Positions 1 through 12,450 of a stretch of DNA of 64,000 nt are shown here, piece by piece; the first letter of the stretch is position 1; each line of letters begins with the position of its first letter. The translations under genes were made by a program, and so were the position numbers. The stretch lies in assembly GCA_002269645.1 (NCBI GenBank), contig NIVC01000636.1, positions 248,001 through 312,000 on the forward strand. The letters run 5' to 3'. The notes beneath the pieces were generated by a model, which saw only the letters and a program-made list of their open reading frames with translations, ran no database searches and was not told where the DNA came from. This DNA is from Macrostomum lignano (Eukaryota).

Positions 1-407
1 TAGAAGTAAAAGATATGGGATATTGTTTCTTAGAAAACGTTTCCTATCTCTGGTTGTCATCAAGTTCAATATGCTCTTTATTAAAATGCTTGCAAAAGAA
101 GCTTGCGATCTGTGAGACCGGGCAAGCTGCGGGTCTGCCATCTGCCCGCCATTCAGCGGCTCCGTTTGCTTATTCACATTTTTGCATCTCCTGTGCGCTT
201 CGGTTTTTCAAAGTACATAAAAGTACATGTGGTTGCGCCTGCTCTGAGACACAAAATTTCTACATAATCTTTGATGCCGTGGGCCTTCTGATTGAAAGTG
301 TTTTGTTCTTTTTTATTTTTAAATTTGAATTTAGAGGAACACTTGTCAATCAATATTCTAAGGAATTATTCAATAATACCAATCGGTTCCATCCCTGTTT
401 GATGATA

Positions 408-1750
408 CCACTGTCCCCATCCCAGTCTGAGAATCCCACTGTCCCCATCCCAGTCTGAGAATCCCACTGTCCCCATCTTAGTCTGAGAATCCCACTGTCC
501 CCATCCCATACTGAGAATCCCACTGTCCCCATCCCATACTGAAAATCCCACTGTCCCCATCCCAGTCTGAAAATCCCACTATCCCCATCCCAGTCTGAAA
601 ATCCCACTATCCCCATCCCAGTCTGAGAATCCCACTGTCCCCATCTTAGTCTGAGAATCCCACTGTCCCCATCCCAGTCTGAGAATTCCACTGTCCCCAT
701 CCCAGTCTGAGAATTCCACTGTCCCCATCCCAGTCTGAGAATCCCACTGTCCCCATCCCAGTCTGAGAATCCCACTGTCCCCATCCCATACTGAGAATCC
801 CACTGTCCCCATCCCATACTGAAAATCCCACTGTCCCCATCTTAGTCTGAGAATCCCACTGTCCCCATCCCATACTGAGAATCCCACTGTCCCCATCCCA
901 GTCTGAGAATCCCACTGTCCCCATCCCATACTGAGAATCCCACTGTCCCCATCCCATACTGAAAATCCCACTGTCCCCATCCCAGTCTGAAAATCCCACT
1001 GTCCCCATCCCAGTCTGAAAATCCCACTATCCCCATCCCAGTCTGAAAATCCCACTGTCCCCATCCCAGTCTGAGAATCCCACTGTCCCCATCCCAGTCT
1101 GAGAATTCCACTGTCCCCATCCCAGTCTGAGAATCCCACTGTCCCCATCCCAGTCTGAGAATTCCACTGTCCCCATCCCAGTCTGAGAATCCCACTGTCC
1201 CCATCCCAGTCTGAGCACCCCATGAGAATCCCACTGTCCCCATCCCAGTCTAAGAATCCCACTGTCCCCATCCCAGTCTGAGAATCCCACTGTCCCCATC
1301 CCAGTCTGAGAACTCCCCATGAGAATCCCAGTCTGAGAACTCCCCATGAGAATCCCAGTCTGAGAACTCCCCATGAGAATCCCAGTCTGAGAACTCCCCA
1401 TGAGAATCCCAGTCTGAGAACTCCCCATGAGAATCCCAGTCTGAGAACTCCCCATGAGAATCCCAGTCTGAGAACTCCCCATAAGAATCCCAGTCTGAGA
1501 ACTCCCCATGAGAATCCCAGTCTGAAAACTCCCCATGAGAATCCCAGTCTGAGAACTGGCCGTGAGAATCCCAGTCTGAGAACTCCCCATGAGAATCCCA
1601 GTCTGAGAACTCCCCATGAGAATCCCAGTCTGAGAACTCCCCATGAGAATCCCAGTCTGAGAACTCCCCATGAGAATCCCAGTCTGAGAACTCCCCATGA
1701 GAAACCCAATCTGAGAACTGGCCATGATAATCCCACTGTCCTAATCCCTG
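408..1750. repeat. Tandem minisatellite: 28-nt unit (CCCACTGTCCCCATCCCAGTCTGAGAAT) changing to a 27-nt unit (CCCCATGAGAATCCCAGTCTGAGAACT) after ~1310
   Basis: Units read directly. The array ends at the TTTCAG acceptor (1751-1756) just upstream of the SCaMC ATG. Confidence 0.95.
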
Positions 1751-1761
1751 TTTCAGGGCCG

Positions 1762-4700
1762 ATGTCGAAGGACGGCAAAAAGCCTTACAATGCGGAGGCG
1801 GAGCGCGCCCGCATCGCCCGGCTGTTCAAGCAGCTGGACAAGGACGGCGACGGCCGCATCAGCGCCTCGGAGCTCAGCGCCGCCCTGAAGCAGCAGTACG
1901 GCCAGGAGGCCAAGCGACTGGAGGCGGCCGAGCGCGTGATCCAGGCCAGCGACTCAAACGCGGACGCGGGCCTCGATATGGACGAATTCGTCCGCTACGT
2001 CACCGATCAGAACAGGCGGCTCCGCCTGGCCTTCAAGGAGCTGGACAAGAACAAGGACGACCGCATCGATGCCGAGGAGATCCAGGCGGCCATGCTGGAG
2101 CTCGGCATCAAGCTCAACAAAGCAGAGGCTGAGCAGCTGCTCAACAAACTCGACAAGGACGGCTCGCTGAGCATTAATTATGAGGTGAGTGGCTGAGGCC
2201 TGGCGCTGGCCCATTTCGGGCCCTGGATGAGTCGCATGGAGAGGCAGCGGGCCCTGGATGATCCGCATGGAGAGGCAGCGGGCCCTGGATGAGCCGCATG
2301 GAGAGGCAGCAGGCCCTGGATGAGCCGCATGGAGAGGCAGCGGGCCCTGAATGAGCCGCATGGAGAGGCAGCGGGCCCTGGATGAGCCGCATGGAGAGGC
2401 AGCGGGCCCTGTATGAGCCGCATGGAGAGGCAGCGGGCCCTGGATGAGCCGCATGGAGAGGCAGCGGGCCCTGGATGAGCCGCATGGAGAGACAGCGGGT
2501 CTTTGATGAGCCGCATGGAGGGACAGCGGGCCCTGTATGAGCCGCATGGAGAGGCAGCGGGCCCTGGATGATCCGCATGGAGAGGCAGCGGGCCCTGGAT
2601 GATCCGCATGAAGAGGCAGCGGGCCCTGGATGAGCCGCATGGAGAGGCAGCGGGCCCTGGATGAGCCGCATGGAGAGGCAGCGGGCCCTGGATGAGCCGC
2701 ATTGAGCTTCATAATAATCCCTGTATTTTTGCGTTGTCCGCACTCCGCCATCCATCTTGTTTGCTCAGGTCGCATTAATACATCGGTTGCCCCCAGTGAC
2801 CCGGGACTACGGAAAGGGTAAATAGTGTGTTATGGTGTGAGCTAATACCCAGATTATTATTAATAACGTTTAAATATCGGCTGCTGGCATTGTATGCCGC
2901 TCTGCTTTAGAGATGTTGGACCTGCCACATGCTCACACGCTGCATGTACGTGGCGTGGCGGAGCCACTGATTGCCCGCTTGTCACTGTTGTGTCTTCGCC
3001 GCATTTTTATTGTTAGGCCTTCATCATAGCTGTTGGCTTCCAGCAGCCCCCTCGTATTCTGCTTAATGTACTTTTATTTTATACTTTTTCTTGGATGTAA
3101 ATTCATTTTGTTGTACCGGTACGAACCCGTTGATTTGGTTCTGTTTCGGATTGGGATCACTGCTCCCAAGTCCATTGATGGCACTATGATCATAATGGGA
3201 CAATTCCCCTAACTCCTTAAATCACACCCTTCATAACAGGATAATTCTCCCAATTCCCTCAGTTGCACCCTAACCATAATGGGATAATTCTCCCAACTCC
3301 CTCAATCGCACCCTAATCATAATGGGATAATTCTCCCAACTCCCTCAATCGCACCCTAATCATAATGGGATAATTCTCCCAACTCCCTCAATCGCACCCT
3401 AATCATAATGGGATAATTCTCCCAACTCCCTCAATCGCACCCTAATCATAATGGGATAATTCTCCCAACTCCCTCAATCGCACCCTAATCATAATGGGAT
3501 AATTCTCCCAACTCCCTCAATCGCACTCTAATCATAATAGGATAATTCTCCCAACTCCCTCAATCGCACCCTAATCATAATAGGATAATTCTCCCAACTC
3601 CCTCAATCGCACCCTAACCATAATGGGATAATTCTCCCAACTCCCTCAATCGCACCCTAACCATAATGGGATAATTCTCCCAACTCCCTCAATCGCACCC
3701 TAGTCATAATGGGATAATTCTCCCAACTCCCTCAATCGCACCCTAACCATAATGGGATAATTCTCCCAACTCCCTCAATCGCACCCTAATCATAATGGGA
3801 TAGTTCTCCTATCGCGCAGGAGTGGCGCGACTTCCTGCTGCTGACGGGCCGGCACTCGGTAGATGAGATCTTCATGCTGATGCGCCGAGCCTCCAGCTTC
3901 GACATCGGCGAGAGCTTCGTGATCCCCGACGATTACACACCGGAGGAGCGGCAGTCCGGCGTGGCCTGGAAGACGCTCGTCTCCGGCGGCCTGGCCGGCG
4001 CCGTTTCCCGCAGCGCCACGGCGCCGCTGGACCGCCTGAAGGTGGCCTGGCAGGCCAGCGCCGGCTCCAAGGACAGCCACGGCGCCAAGGCCTCGATGTG
4101 GCGCGGCATCGCCGGCATGGTGACAGAGGGCGGCGTGGCCAGTCTGTGGCGCGGCAACGGCGTCAACTGCATCAAGATTGCCCCGGAGTCCGCCATCAAG
4201 TTCCTGGCCTACGAGACCTACAAGGGCCTGATTGTGGGCGAATCAAAGCGGCCGGTGAGGCTTACCTGGATCCTGCTTTCTCCTGTTTAGGATATTTGTA
4301 ATTACTTATCTTGAGGGCTGCCTTTTGATTAGATCCCATTTTAGGAGGATCAGTAAATCTCTATATGCGGAAATTGGCAGATCCCCATTTTTGAATAATC
4401 AGCAGATCCCCATTCGGGAAAATCCCAAATCCCCATTTAGAGAATCGGGAGATCCCATTTGGGAGAATCGGCAGATCCCCATTTAGGAGAATCTGCAAAT
4501 CCCCATTTAGGAGAATCGGCAAATCCCTATTTGGAAGAATCGGCAGATCCCATTTAGTAGAATCGGCAGATCCCCATTTAGTAGAATTGGCAGATCCCCA
4601 TTTGGTAGAATCGGCAGATCCCCATTTGGTAGAATCGGCAGATCCCCATTTGGGAGAATCGGCAGATCCCCATTTAGTAGAATTGGCAGATCCCCATTTG

Positions 4701-7120
4701 GTAGAATCGGCAGATCCCCATTTGGTAGAATCGGCAGATCCCCATTTGGTAGAATCGGCAGATCCCCAATTAGTAGAATTGGCAGATCCCCATTTGGGAG
4801 AATCGGTAGATCCCCATTTGGGAGAATCGGCAGATCCCCATTTGGGAGAATCGGTAGATCCCCATTTGGTAGAATCGGCAGATCCCCATTTGGTAGAATC
4901 GGCAGATCCCCATTTGGGAGAATCGGCAGATCCCCATTTAGTAGAATTGGCAGATCCCCATTTGGTAGAATCGGCAGATCCCCATTTGGTAGAATCGGCA
5001 GATCCCCATTTGGGAGAATCGGCAGATCCCCATTTAGTAGAATTGGCAGATCCCCATTTGGTAGAATCGGCAGATCCCCATTTGGTAGAATCGGCAGATC
5101 CCCATTTGGTAGAATCGGCAGATCCCCATTTAGTAGAATTGGCAGATCCCCATTTGGGAGAATCGGCAGATCCCCATTTGGGAGAATCGGCAGATCCCCA
5201 TTTGGGAGAATCGGTAGATCCCCATTTGGTAGAATCGGCAGATCCCCATTTGGGAGAATCGGCAGATCCCCATTTAGTAGAATTGGCAGATCCCCATTTG
5301 GTAGAATCGGCAGATCCCCATTTGGGAGAATCGGCAGATCCCCATTTGGGAGAATCGGCAGATCCCCATTTGGGAGAATCGGCAGATCCCCATTTGGGAG
5401 AATCGGCAGATCCCCATTTGGGAGAATCGGCAGATCCCCATTTGGGAGAATCGGCAGATCCCCATTTGGGAGAATCGGCAGATCCCCATTTGGGAGAATC
5501 GGCAGATCCCCATTTGGGAGAATCGGCAGATCCCCATTTGGGAGAATCGGCAGATCCCCATTTGGGAGAATCGGCAGATCCCCATTTGGGAGAATCGGCA
5601 GATCCCCATTTGGGAGAATCGGCAGATCCCCATTTGGGAGAATCGGCAGATCCCCATTTGGGAGAATCGGCAGATCCCCATTTGGGAGAATCGGCAGATC
5701 CCCATTTGGGAGAATCGGCAGATCCCCATTTGGGAGAATCGGCAGATCCCCATTTGGGAGAATCGGCAGATCCCCATTTGGGAGAATCGGCAGATCCCCA
5801 TTTGGGAGAATCGGCAGATCCCCATTTGGGAGAATCGGCAGATCCCCATTTGGGAGAATCGGCAGATCCCCATTTGGGAGAATCGGCAGATCCCCATTTG
5901 GGAGAATCGGCAGATCCCCATTTGGGAGAATCGGCAGATCCCCATTTGGGAGAATCGGCAGATCCCCATTTGGGAGAATCGGCAGATCCCCATTTGGGAG
6001 AATCGGCAGATCCCCATTTGGGAGAATCGGTAGATCCCCATTTGGGAGAATCGGTAGATCCCCATTTGGGAGAATCGGCAGATCCCCATTTGGGAGAATC
6101 GGCAGATCCCCATTTGGGAGAATCGGCAGATCCCCATTTGGGAGAATCGGCAGATCCCCATTTGGGAGAATCGGTAGATCCCCATTTGGGAGAATCGGTA
6201 GATCCCCATTTGGGAGAATCGGCAGATCCCCATTTGGGAGAATCGGCAGATCCCCATTTGGGAGAATCGGCAGATCCCCATTTGGGAGAATCGGTAGATC
6301 CCCATTTGGGAGAATCGGCAGATCCCCATTTGGGAGAATCGGCAGATCCCCATTTGGGAGAATCGGCAGATCCCCATTTGGGAGAATCGGTAGATCCCCA
6401 TTTGGGAGAATCGGCAGATCCCCATTTGGGAGAATCGGCAGATCCCCATTTGGGAGAATCGGCAGATCCCCATTTGGGAGAATCGGCAGATCCCCATTTG
6501 GGAGAATCGTTAGTCCCTATTGTTGAAGCAAAACTTTATCCCTCTCTTCCCTCCAGGTGCAGCTGCACGAGAAGTTCGTTGCCGGCGCCCTGGCCGGGGC
6601 CACGGCGCAGACGCTGATCTACCCGCTGGAGGTGCTGAAGACGCGGATGTGCCTGCGCAAGACCGGCCAGTACTCATCGCTGTTTGACTGCGCCCGCAAG
6701 GTGTACGCGGAGGGCGGAGCGGCCATCTTCTACCGCGGCTACGTGCCCAACATGCTGGGCATCCTGCCATACGCCGGCATTGACCTCGCCCTGTACGAGA
6801 CCTTCAAGCAGACCTACCAGAAGTGGCGCGGCAACGAGAGCGGCAGCCCGCCCATCTACGTGTCCCTGGTGGCCGGTGCCGTGTCCTCCGTGTGTGGCCA
6901 GGTGGCCACCTACCCGCTGGCTCTGGTGCGCACCAAGCTGCAGGCCCGCATCGGCGGCGGCGGCGGCCTCGGCAGCATGTTCGCCGACATCCTCAAGCGG
7001 GAGGGCGTCCGCGGCCTCTACCGTGGCATGGGGCCGAACATGCTGAAGGTGATCCCCGCCGTCAGCATCTCCTACGCCACCTTCGATGAGATGAGGCGCA
7101 GGCTGGGGCTCATCAAGTGA
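1762..7120 (+). CDS. SCaMC: Calcium-binding mitochondrial carrier (SCaMC / SLC25A23-25 family, ATP-Mg/Pi carrier), ~473 aa, 3 coding exons
   Basis: Exons 1762-2184, 3820-4254 and 6557-7120, both introns GT-AG phase 0. Four EF-hand loops: [36 protein letters not shown], and [11 protein letters not shown]|E across intron 1. Carrier signatures PLDRLK, PLEVLK and degenerate PLALVR. Family motifs [23 protein letters not shown] and [20 protein letters not shown] at 7174-7179. Confidence 0.95.
2215..2702. repeat. Intronic 31-nt tandem repeat (GAGCCGCATGGAGAGGCAGCGGGCCCTGGAT), SCaMC intron 1
   Basis: About 15 near-identical copies read directly. Confidence 0.95.
3190..3805. repeat. Intronic 43-nt tandem repeat (ATAATGGGATAATTCTCCCAACTCCCTCAATCGCACCCTAATC), SCaMC intron 1
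   Basis: About 14 copies. The last degenerate copy runs into the 3' splice site at 3819. Confidence 0.95.
4370..6510. repeat. Intronic 24-nt tandem repeat (CAGATCCCCATTTGGGAGAATCGG), SCaMC intron 2
   Basis: About 88 copies, degenerate at the 5' edge and nearly perfect in the core. Source of the spurious 676-aa [11 protein letters not shown]. Confidence 0.97.
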
Positions 7121-7189
7121 GCACCTAGAGGAAGCTGGCTGGCTGTCACTGCAAATCGACATAAAATCCCTTCATTAAAGATCCCATCA

Positions 7190-7900
7190 GGATATCAGGA
7201 ATCCCAACCCTGAGATCCCATCCCGATATCAGGAATCTCAACCCTGTGATCCCATCCCAATATCAGGAATCTCAACCTTGAGATCCCATCCCGATATCAG
7301 GAATCCCAACCTTGAGATCCCAGAAACCCTAGAAACCCTAACCCTAACCTTGAGATCCCATCCCGATATCAGGAATCCCAACCTTGAGATCCCATCCCGA
7401 TATCAGGGATCCCAACCTTGAGATCCCAGAAACCCTAGAAACCCTAACCCTAACCCAGAAACCCTAACCCTGAGATACCATCCCGATATCAGGAATCTCA
7501 ACCCTGTGATCCCATCCCGATATCAGGAATCTCAACCTTGAGATCCCATCCCGATATCAGGGATCCCAACCTTGAGATCCCAGAAACCCTAGAAACCCTA
7601 ACCCTAACCCAGGAACCCTAACCCTGACATCCCATCCCGATATCAGAAACCATAACCCTGAGATCCCATCCCGATATCAGAAACCCTAACCCTGAGATCC
7701 CATCCCGATATCAGAAACCCTAACCCTGAGATCCCATCCCGATATCAGAAACCCTAACCCTGAGATCCCATCCCGATATCAGAAACCCTAACCCTGACAT
7801 CCTATCCAGATATCAGGAGAATCCCAAGCTTTAGATCCCAATCCGATATCAGTAAATCTCAACCCTGAGATCCCATCCCGATATCAGGAATCCCAACCCT
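7190..7900. repeat. ~34-nt satellite (GAGATCCCATCCCGATATCAGGAATCCCAACCCT) with interspersed CCCTAA telomere-type hexamers
   Basis: Units read directly. AAACCCTAACCCTAACC runs at ~7335, ~7440 and ~7597. Confidence 0.9.
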
Positions 7901-8609
7901 TTCAGTGGCCCGCGAGTCACCAGCTGTTTTGTTTCACAATTTCCGAACTGACCCATTCGAACAAAAATCACCGACTCAAGATTTGAAAGGCCCGCCGACA
8001 GCAACAGTTGCTAAACGAACAATTTTCATAGAAAAAAATATTTATAGTTTTGTTATACTGATTATTTACACTAACTGGCCCTTTTTACCGCATCCGCGCC
8101 TCGGTCCGCCTTCTCTGCTTTCAAGGTTGTTCAAAGCGCGGCCGGTTCCTCATGCGACTCTTGGCTGTGCCAACCCCCCTCCAACTGCTGAGCAACCGAA
8201 ATTTTATTGCTTCCCTGCAAACTTTTTTTTCGATTTTCGAACGCAGCCAACAGTTGGAAGTTTTCGTCTTCAAGTTTCTATAGAAATGTTTGTTGTTATG
8301 AATATTGCCGCCATTCACTGATGCTCTCGATCTATGCTATATTTATGCATATCTCATCTGCACTCAATTACCTTTTTCTGACCGCCATTTTTATTCTATT
8401 TAATCATTTTCTGCGATCGTTTAAAGTTCGCTGAATTGCGAGTGTGAAAATATTATCTTCATCATTTTTCCTAATTAATTATTCATATTACAAACGAAGA
8501 CTAACCCAGCTATTTATATTTATATTCTAACTGTTAGCCAAGTTTTGCTCTTTATTCGATCTCAGAGAATTGTTTTTTTGCTTTCTTTAGTACTAATATT
8601 ACGTAGTAT

Positions 8610-10010
8610 CCAGCAATGTGCACTGCAGCTACTAATAGTAGCTCTGTATCAATACACCCGGCAATTTGCACTGCAGCTACTAATAGTAGCTCTGTATCAA
8701 TACACCCTGCAATTTGCACTGCAGCTACTAATAGTAGCTCTGTATCAATACACCCGGCAATTTGCACTGCAGCTACTAATAGTAGCTCAGTATCAATACA
8801 CCCGGCAATTTGCACTGCAGCTACTAATAGTAGCTCAGTATCAATACACCCTGCAATTTGCACTGCAGCTACTAATAGTAGCTCTGTATCAATACACCCG
8901 GCAATTTGCACTGCAGCTACTAATAGTAGCTCAGTATCAATACACCCTGCAATTTGCACTGCAGCTACTAATAGTAGCTCTGTATCAATCCACCGGGAAT
9001 TTGCACTGCAGCTACTAATAGTAGCTCAGTATCAATACACCCGGCAATTTGCACTGCAGCTACTAATAGTAGCTCAGTATCAATACACCCGGCAATTTGC
9101 ACTGCAGCTACTAATAGTAGCTCAGTATCAATACACCCGACAATTTGTACTGCAGCTACTAATAGTAGCTCTGTATCAATACACCCGGCAATTTGCACTG
9201 CAGCTACTAATAGTAGCTCAGTATCAATACACCCGGCAATTTGCACTGCAGCTACTAATAGTAGCTCAGTATCAATACACCCGACAATTTGCACTGCAGC
9301 TACTAATAGTAGCTCAGTATCAATACACCCGGCAATTTGCACTGCAGCTACTAATAGTAGCTCAGTATCAATACACCTGGCAATTTGCACTGCAGCTACT
9401 AATAGTAGCTCAGTATCAATACACCCGGCAATTTGTACTGCAGCTACTAATAGTAGCTCAGTATCAATACACCCGACAATTTGTACTGCAGCTACTAATA
9501 GTAGCTCAGTATCAATACACCCGACAATTTGCACTGCAGCTACTAATAGTAGCTCAGTATCAATACACCTGGCAATTTGCACTGCAGCTACTAATAGTAG
9601 CTCAGTATCAATACACCCGACAATTTGTACTGCAGCTACTAATAGTAGCTCAGTATCAATACACCCGACAATTTGCACTGCAGCTACTAATAGTAGCTCA
9701 GTATCAATACACCTGGCAATTTGCACTGCAGCTACTAATAGTAGCTCTGTATCAATACACCCGGCAATTTGCACTGCAGCTACTAATAGTAGCTCAGTAT
9801 CAATACACCCGGCAATTTGCACTGCAGCTACTAATAGTAGCTCAGTATCAATACACCCGGCAATGTGCACTGCAGCTACTAATAGTAGCTCAGTATCAAT
9901 ACACCCGGCAATTTGCACTGCAGCTACTAATAGTAGCTCAGTATCAATACACCTGGCAATTTGCACTGCAGCTACTAATAGTAGCTCAGTATCAATACAC
10001 CCGGCAATGT
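8610..10010. repeat. 48-nt tandem repeat containing two palindromes (TGCA-C-TGCA and AGCTACTA-A-TAGTAGCT)
   Basis: Unit GCAATTTGCACTGCAGCTACTAATAGTAGCTCAGTATCAATACACCCG, about 29 copies. Confidence 0.96.
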
Positions 10011-11489
10011 CTACAGACACATCAAAAGCCCTGAATAAATGTGCATGTAGGTCCGATACTGCGCTTTCTAGCTACTTATAGTAGGTGACTAGCAATAAAA
10101 GTGCATAGAATGTGTGCGTGCAGCATAGTTTATTCTCCTAATTCAAAGCACGGCCTGCAGCTGAGTCAAGTATTATTGCCTGTCCATCAAGCCCTGGCCA
10201 ACGGGCACTCATTGCTGCTTTCCTGGCCAGCTCTCAGCTCTCACTCGCAGTTCAGCGCCTGCCTGCTCATTCGATCTCAAACCCAGACGGCCAGCGCCTG
10301 GCAACTGCACTGCTAGCATCCAACGCCTAGCGATCAATGCATCTCATGACCTTTCCTGCATGCTTTGTGGGCCAAGGAATGATGGAGATGTGAGGCTGCA
10401 GAAATTGAGAGGCAACTGTCTCAGCAGAAGTGCTTCTGGCCTTGAGAGTTGTGCGGGAGAGAGAGAGCTGCTCCCCACTCCGTCTTATTAGCGATTGCAG
10501 CCCCATCATTCCTCGCCTCTCTCCCGATATATGCTGTTCGCTTGGGGGGGGGGGGGAGCATCGCACGGGCACGGCTTCCCGCGGGAGTCTGGACTGCAGC
10601 AGAGGGGCGCTGCATGAGGCTGACCGGATCTGCAGGCTGCCATTCCTGCTTCTGTCTGGGGCATTCTGGGCAATGGGTTGAGTGACTTATCAAGTTAAGC
10701 TTAATATGTTCTCCTTCGTGACTCACTGCACTGCCAATGCAGAACATAAAATGGAGGCTGCTGTAGTTCAGAGGCGAGAAGGAGACGGAGAGAGTGAAGG
10801 AGAGAGAAGGATGGAGAGGGAGAGGAGCGATGTCGAGATGCAGAGGATGCCGCAGACTGAGCTCCCCACGTTTGGCAGTGCAGAGCTGGCAGCAAATCCG
10901 CAATTCCCTCCAGCCCATGCACGCAGCTTCTCGTCAAGACTCCGCCCGCGCCCGGCTCGCCTTTCCGCACCGCGCCGCTCATTTTGCATTTCGCCCCGGC
11001 CCGGCCAGCGCTGGCGGCGGCCGACAGTCTCGGCCGCAGTCGCGAGGCGGCTGCTCTTTGAAGTGCCTTCCCCTCCCTCAGTGCCACCGTCCACCATCCC
11101 GCGGCCGTCTACGCAGAGGGTGAAGCATTAAGAGGGCGTTTTTTTAGCTGACCGGAATTCCCGGCCCCGTCCTGTCGTCCCCCCCCCCATGTCTCCCGCA
11201 TCGCAGCAAATCGAATTCCCAGCAATCGCTTTGCTCTCATGGCTAATCAGATTCCCGCCGGCTCCATCGCTCGACCGGCCGCGTCTCATCGGACTCCGCG
11301 GACCGCAGAATCTGCCGCTTGCGCTTTCAGGACTTCAGATTGGACCCCGGGGAGCTCGGCGATTGAACAGCCGATTGAAATTTATATGCAATTCGACTGA
11401 CATTGGGTGTAGTGGCGGACTTGAATACTGATGGGGTAAGTGGACAGCATTTAAGGACGAAATTAAATGAGCAGAGTGACATAGGCTAA

Positions 11490-11610
11490 GGGACATGGAC
11501 AGAGTGACATAGGCTAAGGGACATGGACAGAGTGACATAGGCTAAGGGACGTAGGCTGAGTGACATGGACAGAGTGACAGACAGAGTGACATAGGCTGAG
11601 TGACATGGAC
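11490..11610. repeat. Short ~28-nt tandem repeat (GACAGAGTGACATAGGCTAAGGGACATG)
   Basis: About 4 copies read directly. Confidence 0.85.
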
Positions 11611-11638
11611 AAAATATCAAAGAAGTCACATTGGCAGA

Positions 11639-11835
11639 GACAGAGCAGCTCAGTGGTTAGCGAGCCTGACTCTCGCTCCAGAGTACCCCGGGTTCGATTC
11701 CGTGTACCGTCACATCAATCTGGGACTCGTGATTCTCTCGTCTATGAGGACGAGACCCCAAGGCGCAGAGTGTATTTGCCCGACAGGCTGTACACCCCGT
11801 GTGAGCGCCTGTCTGCGTACGCATTCGTGTGCTCT
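11639..11835 (+). mobile_element. tRNA-derived SINE-like element (Pol III A/B-box head)
   Basis: A-box-like CAGCTCAGTGG (11646-11656), paired D-stem GCTC/GAGC, and B box GGTTCGATTCC (11691-11701). No clean acceptor or T stem. Shares CCCCAAGGC..GAGTGTA..TGCC.GA with the element at 32340-32514. Followed directly by a 21-nt tandem tail. Confidence 0.65.
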
Positions 11836-12450
11836 AGATCATAGAATCAGACTTCTAGATCATAGATCAGACTTCTAGATCATAGAATCAGACTTCTAGA
11901 TCATAGAATCAGACTTCTAGATCATAGAATCAGACTTCTAGATCATAGAATCAGACTTCTAGATCATAGAATCAGACTTCTAGATCATAGAATCAGACTT
12001 CTAGATCATAGAATCAGACTTCTAGATCATAGAATCAGACTTCTAGATCATAGAATCAGACTTCTAGATCATAGAATCAGACTTCTAGATCATAGAATCA
12101 GACTTCTAGATCATAGAATCAGACTTCTAGATCATAGAATCAGACTTCTAAATCATAGAATCAGACTTCTAGAGCATAGAATCAGACTTCTAGATCATAG
12201 ATCAGACTTCTAGATCATAGAATCAGACTTCTAGATCATAGAATCAGACTTCTAGATTATAGAATCAGATTTCTAGATCATAGAATCAGACTTCTAGATC
12301 ATAGAATCTGACTTCTAGATCATAGAATCAAACTTCTAGAGCATAGAATCAGACTTCTAGATCATAGAATCAGACTTCTAGAGCATAGAATCAGACTTCT
12401 ACATTATAGAATCAGACTTCTAGATCATAGAATCAGACTTCTAGATTCTA
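11833..12450. repeat. 21-nt tandem repeat (TCTAGATCATAGAATCAGACT)
   Basis: About 29 copies, directly 3' of the SINE-like element. Confidence 0.95.

Noticed and set aside
350-1778. Multiple overlapping minus-strand ORFs (MGTVGFSDWDG..., MGSSQTGIL...)
   Set aside because: Open in several frames only because the 27/28-nt repeat lacks stops.
4587-6617. 676-aa ORF of ADPHLGES repeats (and the antisense [11 protein letters not shown])
   Set aside because: It is the translation of a 24-nt tandem repeat lying wholly within SCaMC intron 2. It has a TTG start and no unique sequence.
7320-7620. True chromosome end or telomere
   Set aside because: Only 2-3 consecutive CCCTAA per cluster, embedded in a satellite with genes on both sides.
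8545-10034. Long ORFs QFALQLLIVAQYQYTR / IAGCIDTELLLVAAVQ
   Set aside because: 48-nt repeat artefact, open on both strands.
11640-11710. Possible tRNA gene
   Set aside because: The D arm and B box are present, but the acceptor, anticodon and T stems do not pair properly. Treated as a SINE head instead.
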